DNA of 64,000 nt from Rhodosorus marinus CCMP1338 (taxonomy: Eukaryota; Plantae; Rhodophyta): positions 496,001-560,000 of the forward strand of contig JAMWBK010000006.1 of the NCBI GenBank assembly GCA_029953675.1, in the 5' to 3' direction. Below, piece by piece: positions 9,998 through 20,668 of this stretch. A program made the translations under genes and the position numbers. The notes below the pieces were generated by a model, which saw nothing but the letters and a program-made list of their open reading frames with translations, was not told the origin of the DNA and did no database searches. Position 1 is the first letter of the stretch; each line of letters opens with the position of its first letter.

Positions 9998-12900
9998 ATG
10001 ACCGCTTATGGGGACCGAGTTATGGCCTGGGGCTCCTGTGAAAGTGGGCAGCTAGGAGCTTGCGGTGAGGAGGAGGAGGTTGTTTCCAACCCTCGACATG
10101 TCCCAGGATTTGGTTCAGATGTTGCGGTGCTGACATGTGGGCCGTGGGGAACTGTCTCGGTAGGAGATTCTCCGAATGAGGTCTATACTTCTGGAGAGAG
10201 AGGCAAGCCTGTTGCTACCGTTAGTGGATTGGAATCAGCGGCGAGGGTTGTAGGTGCCGGCCGCGGCGAGGATTTTCTGGTTGTTCTGACGGAGGACTCG
10301 AAAATTCTCACTCTAGGAGGATCGGCGTATGGACAACTGGGTAGAGGGGATAATGTTGTAGAATCGACATCACTGCGCTCTGTCAAGTGGCCTAGAAGCA
10401 GTAGAGACATTGTGAAGATTCGCGCTGGTGCTTACCATTGGTTGGCTATGTCAAGCACTGGAAAAGTTTTCGGCAGTGGATCGAATTCGAAGGGCCAATT
10501 GGGAATACCCGAGAGAAGGTCTATTCCTGAACCGGAAAGGATCTACAACTTGTGGGCATTTCCAGTTGTTGATATTGCAACGGGAGCGAACCATTCCGCG
10601 GTTCTAACAGCCCACGGGCACATATACACCTTTGGATCTAACCGATATGGTCAATTAGGCGTAAGAAGCGTGGGAGAGCAGTCAAATGATGCTGGAGGAG
10701 AGACAAGCATAGCTTCCCCCGGTGGCTCTATCCAGGTGAAGGATTTTTCCGAGTACCCGCATCGGGTCCCGTGCCCAGACGGACTACACTACAAGGCCGT
10801 CGCATGCGGGGCTGACCACACGTTGGCCATACGAAGCGATGGAAAACTTGTGACATTTGGGAAAGGGACCTCGGGACAGCTTGGGTGCGGTTCCACGGGA
10901 AGCAGCTCTAATCCAATGGTTGTCCGACTGCCATCAGACGAAGTGTTTGTATCTGTAGTAGGTGGTGGAAGGCACAGTGCTTGTTTGAGTTTAGCCGGTA
11001 ATTTGTACACTTGGGGAGCTGGCGAAAGTGGACAACTTGGAAACATGGACGTTTCCGACAAACTATATCCCGTCAAAGTTGAAAAGCCCAAAAAAGGCAG
11101 AAAACGCTCGAGGGGCTCGGCCTCCATGGATCCAGATGGATGTGGCATGTCTACAAGTGAAGATCAACTTGCTAACGTGACTGACGGGATTCACGAGGAG
11201 AGCTTTTGGACGATGGTAGCTTGTGGTGCGAATCATACGGTTGCTACTCTATCGAATTCGTTGGATCGAATCGAGGCTATGAAGGAGAACCTGGAATGCA
11301 GAGCAAACACAATAGCAACGGTAAGCGGTTCCCAAGCATTTGGATGCGCCGGATACCTGTCGAAGGAGTTCATACGCTATGGTGCTGGTGAGCTTGAGCT
11401 GGATGCTGAAAGAGCAGCAGCTGAGTATTCGAAGTTCCTAGATGATTTTGACGGGAACGGGCCCCAAGCATTGGAGGAGGCTGCTTTGTATTTGGCTGTT
11501 GATAGCAAGGACGCGTTTGCTCGCGGGTGGGATTGTAGCGGTCAGCTTGTGTCTGTTTCAAGCGTCGCAAACCAAATCGAACCTGCAATGGTATTGCTGC
11601 TAGCTATGTTGAATCCATCTCTGACATCAGAGAACGGGCTGAGGTATCTCGGATTCTTAGTTGAAATGGCCAAGTATTTGCGAATACGTGGAAAGAGGAG
11701 TTTTATCCACGCTGTGTCAAATGACATTCCAACTAACATGTTAATAACAAGACTAATTACGCCAATTCAGATGCTCATTGATATGGAGCTGAGGACTGAG
11801 CGAGCGATCACCGAGACTGTCATCAACAGTGTAAAGACACTCTACCTGCTGTTCTGCGCTGTGAAAGCTAGAGGGCCCGGTCATGAGCCTATATCCTTAA
11901 AAGAGTTCTACAATTCGACCATAACCCAGGAGGTGAATCTAAGTCGAGACTATGAAAGAAAGTTTTTGCTTGAGGGCGAGAAATCGTTCTCTTTTTGCAG
12001 CTATCCATTCATTCTTGACCAGGAAGCCAAGGGCATCCTGCTGAGGAAGGAAATGAAGAGCGTTCAGCATAAGTGCGCAATGGACTCCCTGATGTCTCCT
12101 AACCGCATGATGTCACCGAACTGCGAGATAGAAGTGAGAAGAGATCATTTGATTCAAGATTCGTTATCGGAGCTACTGCGCCGACACCAGTTCCCGATGG
12201 AACTCAGGAAACCGCTTAAGGTTCGTTTCGTGGGAGAGGCTGGTGAGGATGCCGGAGGTCTGCGGAAGGAGTTCTTCCAGATAGCTATTGAAAAGTTGTT
12301 TTCACCGGACTTCGGAATGTTCACGTACGACGAAGAGAATCGTTATCACTGGTTCCGTTGTGACTCGCTGGAAGCCAACGACGCGTTCAATTTGGTGGGG
12401 ACTCTAGTTGGACTGGCCATTTACAACGATACTATCCTTGACCTCCACTTTCCACCTGTAGTATACAAGAAGCTGCAGGACCTAGCGCCAAACTTCGAAG
12501 ACCTCAAGGTTATGTCTCCGAGAGTCGCCCAATCTCTTCAGGCGGTACTTGACTACGATGGAGACGACTTGGAGGACGTGCTGTGCGTCACTTTCACTGT
12601 CCCGTATGAGTCTATTTATGGCGAGCGCGTGGAGCACGAGCTCGTCGAAGGAGGGAAAGATCGGTTTGTGACCCAGGAGAACAAGCATGAATTCGTCCGC
12701 CTCTACACAGAGTGGGTAATGGAAAAGTCCGTGGATAAGGCTTTTGGGGCATTCAAGGGAGGAATGCGAAGAATGATCCCCGGACATATGCTCAACCTAT
12801 TTGAGCCTGAGGAATTCGAAGTGCTTGTTTGCGGGGAAAAGTTCGACGACGTGGGCCAGTTGGAGAAGCACACCAGATATGACGGGGGCTACACCCAGAA

Positions 12901-13274
12901 CTCCGAGGTGATTACTTGGTTTTGGGAGGTTCTGAATGGCCTGAGCCCGGACAGAAAAAGAAGCTTCCTAGCCTTTGTTACGGGGACCGACAGAGTTCCG
13001 GCCGGTGGAGTTGAGAAGCTGAACTTTGTGATTCAGCGTTCGGGTAAGTGTTTCTGCATACAATGTGGTCAGGGCAATGCTCGTCCGCGCTCAGCAGCAA
13101 CAAGCCATCTAATTACGGAGCAACTTTTCCGCCGCAGGTCCCGATTCAGATCGTTTACCAACATCACACACGTGCTTCAACGTGTTGCTCCTTCCTGAAT
13201 ACAGCTCACTGGAGAAGACAAAGAACCGTCTTCTGCTATCGATAGAAAACTCGCAAGGGTTTGGGCTTCGCTAG
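9998..13274 (+). CDS. RCC1-repeat plus HECT E3 ubiquitin ligase (HERC-like), 2 exons
   Basis: RCC1 repeats ([40 protein letters not shown]) then a HECT domain ([36 protein letters not shown]). Intron 13044-13137 leads to [22 protein letters not shown]...GFGLR* with the catalytic Cys, stop at 13272-13274. Confidence 0.93.
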
Positions 13275-13712
13275 CTGAGCTGACAGTTAAGGCTATACCG
13301 CCCAGTGAGGTGTGCTCGCTACTGGGGCTACCGTCTTGTGCGGGAACTTGTTTTACTACCCCGAAAACTTGCAAAACTGTAGATGTAACATGAACATATA
13401 GCTCTTGTTCGCAACTAGCTAATACATACTTACTAATCTAAAATTTGATTTACTGCGTTTGTCGCTTATCAATTTCCATCCATCACAGTCAGAGCCGCTA
13501 GCACGGGGGTTCTGGGTGGCCTTCGGGAACAAGTTTTTTTGGGCCAGAAATACTCAACGCGGTAAGGACAAGGCTCAGGTCTCGGATATAGCTTGTCCAA
13601 TGTCCTTCCGTAGTTAGCCAGTTCGTTATTTGCCCGTTTTGGACCTGGATCTTCACTCTGGACTGCTTTTCATTGATCCGGTTCTCGGGATGTGGGGCTG
13701 CTTCTGTAGATT

Positions 13713-15466
13713 CTACTCCTCATCGTCAGTTAGTTCCGATTCATCGTCAGTTTCTCCCTCAGTCTTCGTATGCCGAAGCTGTTCTATAATATGCCGTCCC
13801 TTGCGCGAGACCCTCTCTATCTCCTCCAAGTTGTCAACGTCCAGTCCATAAACCTCGGTAACGAGCCCATTCATTTTTTCTCGGATGGCGAGATACTGCT
13901 CAAACTTTCTATAGAGAGAAAGTTTGCCTGAATTGAAAAGGACGTAGAATCAACGTAAGACAGAGAAGGTGAGCAACCCAAGGAGAAACCTTTGATACGG
14001 AATCCGAAGTAGCTCGTAGGCTTTCCCCGCAAGCTGGTTTGAGGAGCACTATACTCTGCGAGCAACTCAAACTTGAACCAAAATTTAACGGTTGCCCGTC
14101 ATACCTGATTGCTCTATATCACTCAGGGCAGGGACTCGCCCCTCTCGTTCCTTGAAATCGTCTGAGAATCGTTTCAGTTCCTTCCGCAGCTGAATGAATG
14201 TGTGAATGTCATTGTTTTCCATTAGCCGGTATTGGCCAATAAGGCGGTAATCGCTCTTGGTCAAACCCCTCCGACCGCTTTCCTCAGATTCAGACTCATC
14301 CTCAAATATCTCGTCTTCACCGATCGCCTGTACGATTCCATCAGGGGACGACCTCTCAACACGAACGGCATCCTTCTGCAGACGAGGACTAGCCACCGGG
14401 ACCTCTTCGGGATCCACGCTCCCTGAGAAGTTGAAAGCAATTTCCAACCCCCTTCTTAGCAGCTTGCAGTATCACCCGTTCTTTTCGGATGAAAATTCTG
14501 ACCGCCGCTTACCGTAAACATCTTTCGCTAATCCTCTGATACGATCGCGAATTCTCAGATACCGTTCGAACTTGGAGGCCACTTCATTGGAAGCTATTCT
14601 CCTTACATCAGTGATGCTTGGGCGGCGCCCAATCCGATCTGCAAACTCATCCGACCACACTCTAAGATCCCGACGTAGAGACACGAATTCGTGGATGTGA
14701 TCTGTATCAACCTGAGCAGCACAATCAGTGAAACGGAAACGAGCCCGTTCAGAATATGCCAAGAAGGGACTATTCTGGTACTAGCTGTGGAGATTGCACT
14801 TTTGAAAGACCTAGAGTGGAGAATATTCCAGCTGAAGCTTACCAAGGCAAAGTTTCCCTCCTTATCATCAACGTCCTTGCTCCGTGAGCTGACAACGACA
14901 TCATCCCCGGGACGCCTCCTCGCCATTCTCAGCTTCTTTCTTGTGTCCTCGGAGACTTTTCTACCCGCCATCTTCTCAGATATCTTTCGACGATGTGCAC
15001 TGGACAAACGTCGCCCTTTGTTCCAGGGCGTCCTCCCGAACTGTGATTTCGACATCTTCGTCCGCGTTTCCGAGTCTAGCTTCTTCCCCTTGTTCCACGG
15101 AACTTTACCTCGATGAGCTTCTGAAAGCTTGCTCTTCATAGCTTCTGACTTCTTCTTCCCCAACATCGAAGCAGATATCCTCGCCTTGGTCTCTTCCGTT
15201 AAGCTTCGACGTCGCGTGCGTTCCTCCTCGCTTTTGGCCGTCCGAACTCCAGGATCCTCCACCGCTCTTTTTTCCTCCTTGTCTGCATTCGGAGCCATCC
15301 ATCTCTCGCCCTCTCCAAACTTCCCATCGCCAATCAAACTTACTTGCTCGGACAAGTGTATTGTAACAACCTTTCGTGAACAAGTAAGCTCGTTTCTTCT
15401 CCAATAAGCTGTATTCCCAAGCCTTCTATCGCCACACGCAAAACTCACAAACCCAAGCAGTGCCAT
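13713..15466 (-). CDS. Putative plastid DNA-binding protein: transit peptide, ~5 NUMOD3 motifs, two Sld2/RecQL4-N-like modules; 4 exons
   Basis: ATG at 15466 (MALLGFVSFACG). NUMOD3-like units such as LTEETKARISASMLG and KKLDSETRTKMSKSQFGRTPWNKG. Three GT-AG introns (about 14842-14712, 14513-14425, 14101-13926) join exons coding two homologous ~70-aa units (LRRDLRVWSDEF...GRRPS..DV and LRKELKRFSDDF...GRVP..SDI). Acidic tail, stop at 13713-13715. Confidence 0.8.
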
Positions 15467-16894
15467 GCTCGCCCATCTAAACTCCACACACTGCCCAGCT
15501 CGCTCTGCGTGCCAAGTCTCAATCCTGCTCTTCACAACAACTCCCTTCAACCCCGCCAGCCCTTACAAACCGCAGAAACCTCCACTAAACACAAAAGGTA
15601 CCCATCACATCCTCTTCCGTTCCGTACCAAAAATAAACACAACGAGCTCACAAACCCAGCAGACCTCTTGACCGCGCAATCGAAACCTCGTCTTCTTCAC
15701 ACCGTCTCATAAAAGCATATCAAGACACCAATACAAAAAGCACGCTCTCCCTCAACACCTAAACGCCCTCGTCCGCCCTCAAACCAAATCCAGCAACGCG
15801 GACACCCACCCAACTGCTTCACTCCTCTCGCCCAGAAAAACTTCTACCCAAACAAAAGCAAAACACGTCTGCTAACAAAAAAAAAAAACACAACCAAACT
15901 CAGGTGAAGTCACCAAATCTCACATCCGTTTCCAAGACCTGGCCCGGAGATCTCCTCCAAAAAAAAACAACAAAAAACCTTCCGCCTCCTCCCCACCAAA
16001 ATACAAAACTTCCAGCTCAAAGCTTTGCACAAACACAAAACAGAACACTCCTTCCTCTGACTGCTTCAAAACTTCTACCACAATGACAACCCACAGCCAT
16101 GAGCTAGCGCTTTATCACAGTCTACCTCTTACTAACTTCACTCCTTTCTTTCCCTCTCGCCTATGTTATCTCACCCCCAAACCTTCAATCCCCTCAAAAG
16201 CCGAAGAAGAAGAAGAAGAAGCTCCTGCACCTGGCAGTCAAAAACTTGTGTAGGTAAACGAAATGCCTTTACCTCCAAACGAAAATCTGGCGAGGAAGAC
16301 GAACACGAAGTAAAGAGATTTCACTCTCAGCCAACCGCACGATTCCGATTCCCCCTGTATTAGATGATATCCTCAAAAACAATGGTTTCTTACGAGGAGT
16401 TTTCGAGATCTCATTGAATATTTGAAGTTTTTGTCGTATGAGCTGAGGATCGTAGGTTTTCGGGATCTTCGTTGAGCTGGAGATGGTGGGAGAGAGATAT
16501 TGTAACAAGATACCTCGATGTGATGGACTTTCATAAAGTGGGGAGTTGTTGTTGGATGTAGAGTGATGAGGAAGAGGACGGATCAAGGTCTTCTGTTGGA
16601 CTTTAGAAAAATAAATTTCTGGCGGTTTGTTTTTGGGGGAGGACCTCCATCTGTGGGTTTGTGTTCGGGCGATCGTGTTCTGCACGGATTTCCAGTTATC
16701 GCTCTCGGACGGGCTAGGATGTTATAGGTCGATTCGAAGTTCGAGTTTTGAGTGTCCTGGTTGCTTTCTTACTTGGTGTTCGCAAGCTTTTCTCGCCCGC
16801 CTCCTTTCATATGCAGAGCAACGTCCTGACCTTATTGAGCTTGGATGCTACGAGTTGGGCCTTGGCTCTTGGGTGAGGATCGCTGCGGTGGGTT

Positions 16895-17123
16895 TGGGAG
16901 CTTTTTTAATCTGCTGCAGCGCATGGATCGCACTTTCATCCGAGGACCAGTGGCAGACTTGACAAGTCCCACTGATGCTCTCAGACAGGCTTCAAGAGAC
17001 ACGAATATGGGAGCTTTCTTAATCTGCCGTGGCGGATGGATCGCACTCTCATCCGAGGACCAGTGGAATCCTTGACAAGTCACACCGATGCTCTCAGACA
17101 GTCTTCAAGAGATACGAGTATGG
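16895..17123. repeat. 113-bp tandem duplication, 2 copies, about 88% identical
   Basis: Copy 1 is 16895-17007 and copy 2 is 17008-17120, both starting tgggagcttt. Hand alignment gives 14 mismatches in 113 nt and no gaps. Confidence 0.9.
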
Positions 17124-19625
17124 TCCCCACCCTCCCCCCCCACCCCCCAGACCTGTAGACTTAAAACACTCCATACGATGTGGCTCACCAGCGTGTCGTA
17201 AACGAGTTTCCGCACAAGCTCCCGGTATCCCTGACGATCAGGCGCAAATTTCCTGCTCGTCGCTTGTGCAGAGACGATCCATCCTTTTTTTTTCCTCTGG
17301 GTGGAAGAAACCTTATGTACACAGCTCGCAAAACGCTCAGGTCAACCCAGCAATTGGACATCATTCGGACATCCAGTTCTCGCTTTACTTTGATAACCTG
17401 TAGCCCAAAAGTACAGCGTCATCAAGGTCTCCAGGCAGACTTCCTCCTCGTCATTCAACACGCGCATCAGTGGTGTGGCGCGTGCCCGACACCTGGCAAA
17501 CTCCTCAGAAATCTGACTTTTGAGGGTAATCGAAACCTCCAAAGACAGCCATTCCGGGTTTCATGAAAGACTCACCCAGAATAATCATCTTCATCATCAT
17601 CATCATGCCTACTGCTGATGTAAAGTCCATTCTTGGGAAAGGCTTGGGGCTCTCGTTAGTAGTAGATTTGAAGGACCGCTCTGACCCTGGTACGGAGTCA
17701 CGTCAAACTCGACCGGCCAATATGCCTGCCCTCGTTTCCTCTTCCGTACGGTCCAGGAGGGCACGTGCTACTACTACCGGCAAACGGTGACTAGATGAGG
17801 GTCCACATCCCTCCGCAGCGCACAAAACGGCTACGGAGTCTGACGGGAAACCCTTTGGGACCGAGGCCTCACAATCTACGAGGAGTCCGGGCACCACAGA
17901 ATCCGTTCGCAAAGTCCTGAACTCCACCGATATCAAGCACCTAACGATGGAACAACTAGGAATCAAATACGTCGAGGAGGAGTGGGAGGTTGGAAGATGA
18001 CGGATTGATTCCTAATCGCCGGTTTCTCTTGGTGATCTTTCACCGTCACTCTCTGGATCTAACTCTTGTCGATCCTCCTCGAGCAGCTCTGAAAGCCTTT
18101 CCAGTTGAGGACTGAAAGCCCTATACCACGAGTTGATCGTCAGGCACCTCCCAATGCCATCTTCGACGCCTCCGTTTCAAGTTTTGAAAATCATCAATCC
18201 AATAGGACACCTGTCACCGATATCGACCCAGTTTTTTTCAAAAAGAAGGCATTAATGCCGACATTCTAATACAAAACTCTTTATTGGCGTAAAACCAGAA
18301 AACCAAAAACCCAACTGTCAATTTCCTGACGAGAAGGGTGTGTAAATAAGGTTGAAAATTTGGACTTTTGAACGAAAAACCCTTTTGCCTGTGTTGGTGC
18401 TCTTATCACACTTTCCGCGGTTTTTTAATTTTGCTTCTCATGCATCTTGTATGGTCTTTTATAGTTTGGGTTTATGGGCATTTCGGAACTGGTGATTCTT
18501 TTTTTTGTTTGGAAAAATGTCAGAAAATTGGAGGATTATTCCCAACGTTATTTTTTTCGTTGAATTTAGGAAATACGGCACAAAAATACAACGGAATTGA
18601 TCGATGTCAGCCTCAGATGAAGGAAGTGTGGCCGGGAGGCGGAGGCGGGGGGGTGGTGGAGTGTAATAGATTTCCAACATATTTATGAAAGCCCTATCAT
18701 GAGCCAAATGGACAACATTTACTTGATCGCCAAAATTCTACGCTCCTGCTTCACCCCCGTAAATAGTTTTATCGCGTACGACATTCCCACTACCTCCACT
18801 CGCTCCACTACGTGATTGATTAAGCGGATTTTTCATAATTTCGAACAAATTCTATATGATATGTGGCGATCTCAAGATTCTACCCCTGGAACTCTATGTC
18901 ACACTAAATAGATCAGCTTTGATTTCTTTGTGACCAATTTTCGCGCTAGCCGCACCTTTTCAAGGAACCCCCACAAAACAACCGCTACTCTAAGGGGGGG
19001 GTTCCAAACGGAACGTGCGGCTTCTCGAGGATCGGCACAAAATTGATTTGATTATTAGATATTTTCCAACCGTTTTTGAAAAAGGACGAGCACTTCTAAA
19101 GGGGTGTAAGTACGGGAGCGCATCACATTTTCATATATTATTGATGATTTTTTTCTTCTGTCGTGTGAGTGTTGTTCGGAAAGCCTTCCAAAATCTTATA
19201 CCCGAAAGGTGGGTTCGGGGTTGGAAACGGCCATGTCCGTTAAGAAAACCTGGAACTTTTTCGTGGCAGGGGGGTGCGTGTGTATATGTGTGTAGGTAGG
19301 AGAGGTAATGACAGTGCCATTGCATTGCCTGTAGAAAGTCTCTCAGCTTCACGCAGATGGACGCGGTTGTGTCCTTCATAGTTGGGGAATGTAAAGTACT
19401 GGCCCCGGGGGATGCTAAGCAATCGCGCAAGGTCGAGGTTGTGCTCTAGGCCGTGCGTTGACAGATTGAAACTCCGTTTCTTCATTTTTTGTTGGGAAAA
19501 AATATTCAAAATCTTAGTAGGTCTCATCTTCCGGTGAGAAGAAATATTCCATGCTTAGTAGGTCTCCTCCTCGTCTTTCGAGCAGTAAGAAATGTTCAAA
19601 CTCTTAAGTAGGTCTCACAAAATCA

Positions 19626-20668
19626 TCAATAAGTAGTTAGTCTCCTCGGATTGTGCAGCGCGTCCAAAAACTCAATGACAATCTGCTTCTCGTCTTCGGC
19701 TGGGACCGAGTTGGTAGCAAAGTGGTCTGTCACGGCAGACACAAGATCCTGCTTTGTGGATTTCTTATTGTAGTGCAAATCGTAGTGCTTGCAGTATCTA
19801 CGGTTCCAGATTGTTAGAGCTTCTGGTCAGTTTCCGGACAATGATGTACTGTCATGGCCATTGTGCTCTGTACATACCGTTGCAAAGAAGCCCCTTCTAG
19901 CTTGGAGAGATTTAGCGAAACATCTGGTACCACAGGTCTCCTCTTCTTTGGTGATTGCGGTCTTGGAGATTCGCAGGATGTGACTGGCGACATCACGTCC
20001 GTATTAAGCGATTCCGACGACGATTGTTGGATACTGTCACTCCATCCGTTGCTTGAGGTCTTGTTCAACTTTCGCTTTCGCTCAGTTGCACTTCCTGGAT
20101 TCCGCTCGTTCCTGTGTCCTTTGTCCATGCTCGGGATCTCTGGCGGTGCCTTAAAATGCGCCTTCTCGTACTGCTCCAGGTACTTCGTGTAATGCAATCG
20201 AAGCCTAAACCCCGAGTCCGTACACGAGGCGGGCAGATTAAGGGCATCGGCAACTTCCTTCCACTGCTTCTTTGCAATCACGGCATCCACCCCTCTTCTC
20301 CTCGTGACCTCCTTGTAGAGCACCCAAAGGTCCAATTCCTTGAAACCGAGAGTTGGCAAGCGCTGGATGGGCTGTCCAACCGATGCCATGAACTCATGTA
20401 GATTGTGGTAAAACCGGAGCCTAAGCTTTATCTCCTCGTCGCTGAAAGTTGTCGCCCCGAATGACCCCGATTGCACTGTCTGGGTCTCAATCGATCCCTT
20501 CTCAGTTGCGTCTCCATTGCGGGCAGTCTTGCCTTTCGAGCCACCTAGAGCCTTCTTAGATTGCGCGTGCGACTTCTTCACAGAGCTCGGTGCGTCAATC
20601 GGTACCGCAGCGGGCATCATCCGCCCGTCCACAGCTAGACCTCCATTCACATGCACTACACGCCCCAT
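19626..20668 (-). CDS. ARID-domain protein fused to a C-terminal SAP30 Sin3-binding domain, 2 exons
   Basis: ARID core: FYHNLHEFMASVGQPIQRLPTLGFKELDLWVLYKEVTRRRGVDAVIAKKQWKEVADALNLPASCTDSGFRLRLHYTKYLEQYE. Intron 19877-19798 joins LNLSKLEGASLQR to YCKHYDLHYNKKSTKQDLVSAVTDHF...EKQIVIEFL, which resembles the SAP30 motif DLSKL...LRRY..HY.L......K.QLV.AV..HF. Stop at 19626-19628. Confidence 0.85.

Noticed and set aside
16895-17123. Repeat considered as CRISPR-like
   Set aside because: Only two contiguous 113-bp copies with no spacers, no cas genes and a eukaryotic context.
17150-18230. Exon-like minus-strand segments (VSYWIDDFQNLKRRRRRWHW..., VIKVKRELDVRMMSNCW...)
   Set aside because: I could not join them into one open spliced frame and recognise no family. 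A gene or pseudogene is possible but unsupported without RNA data.
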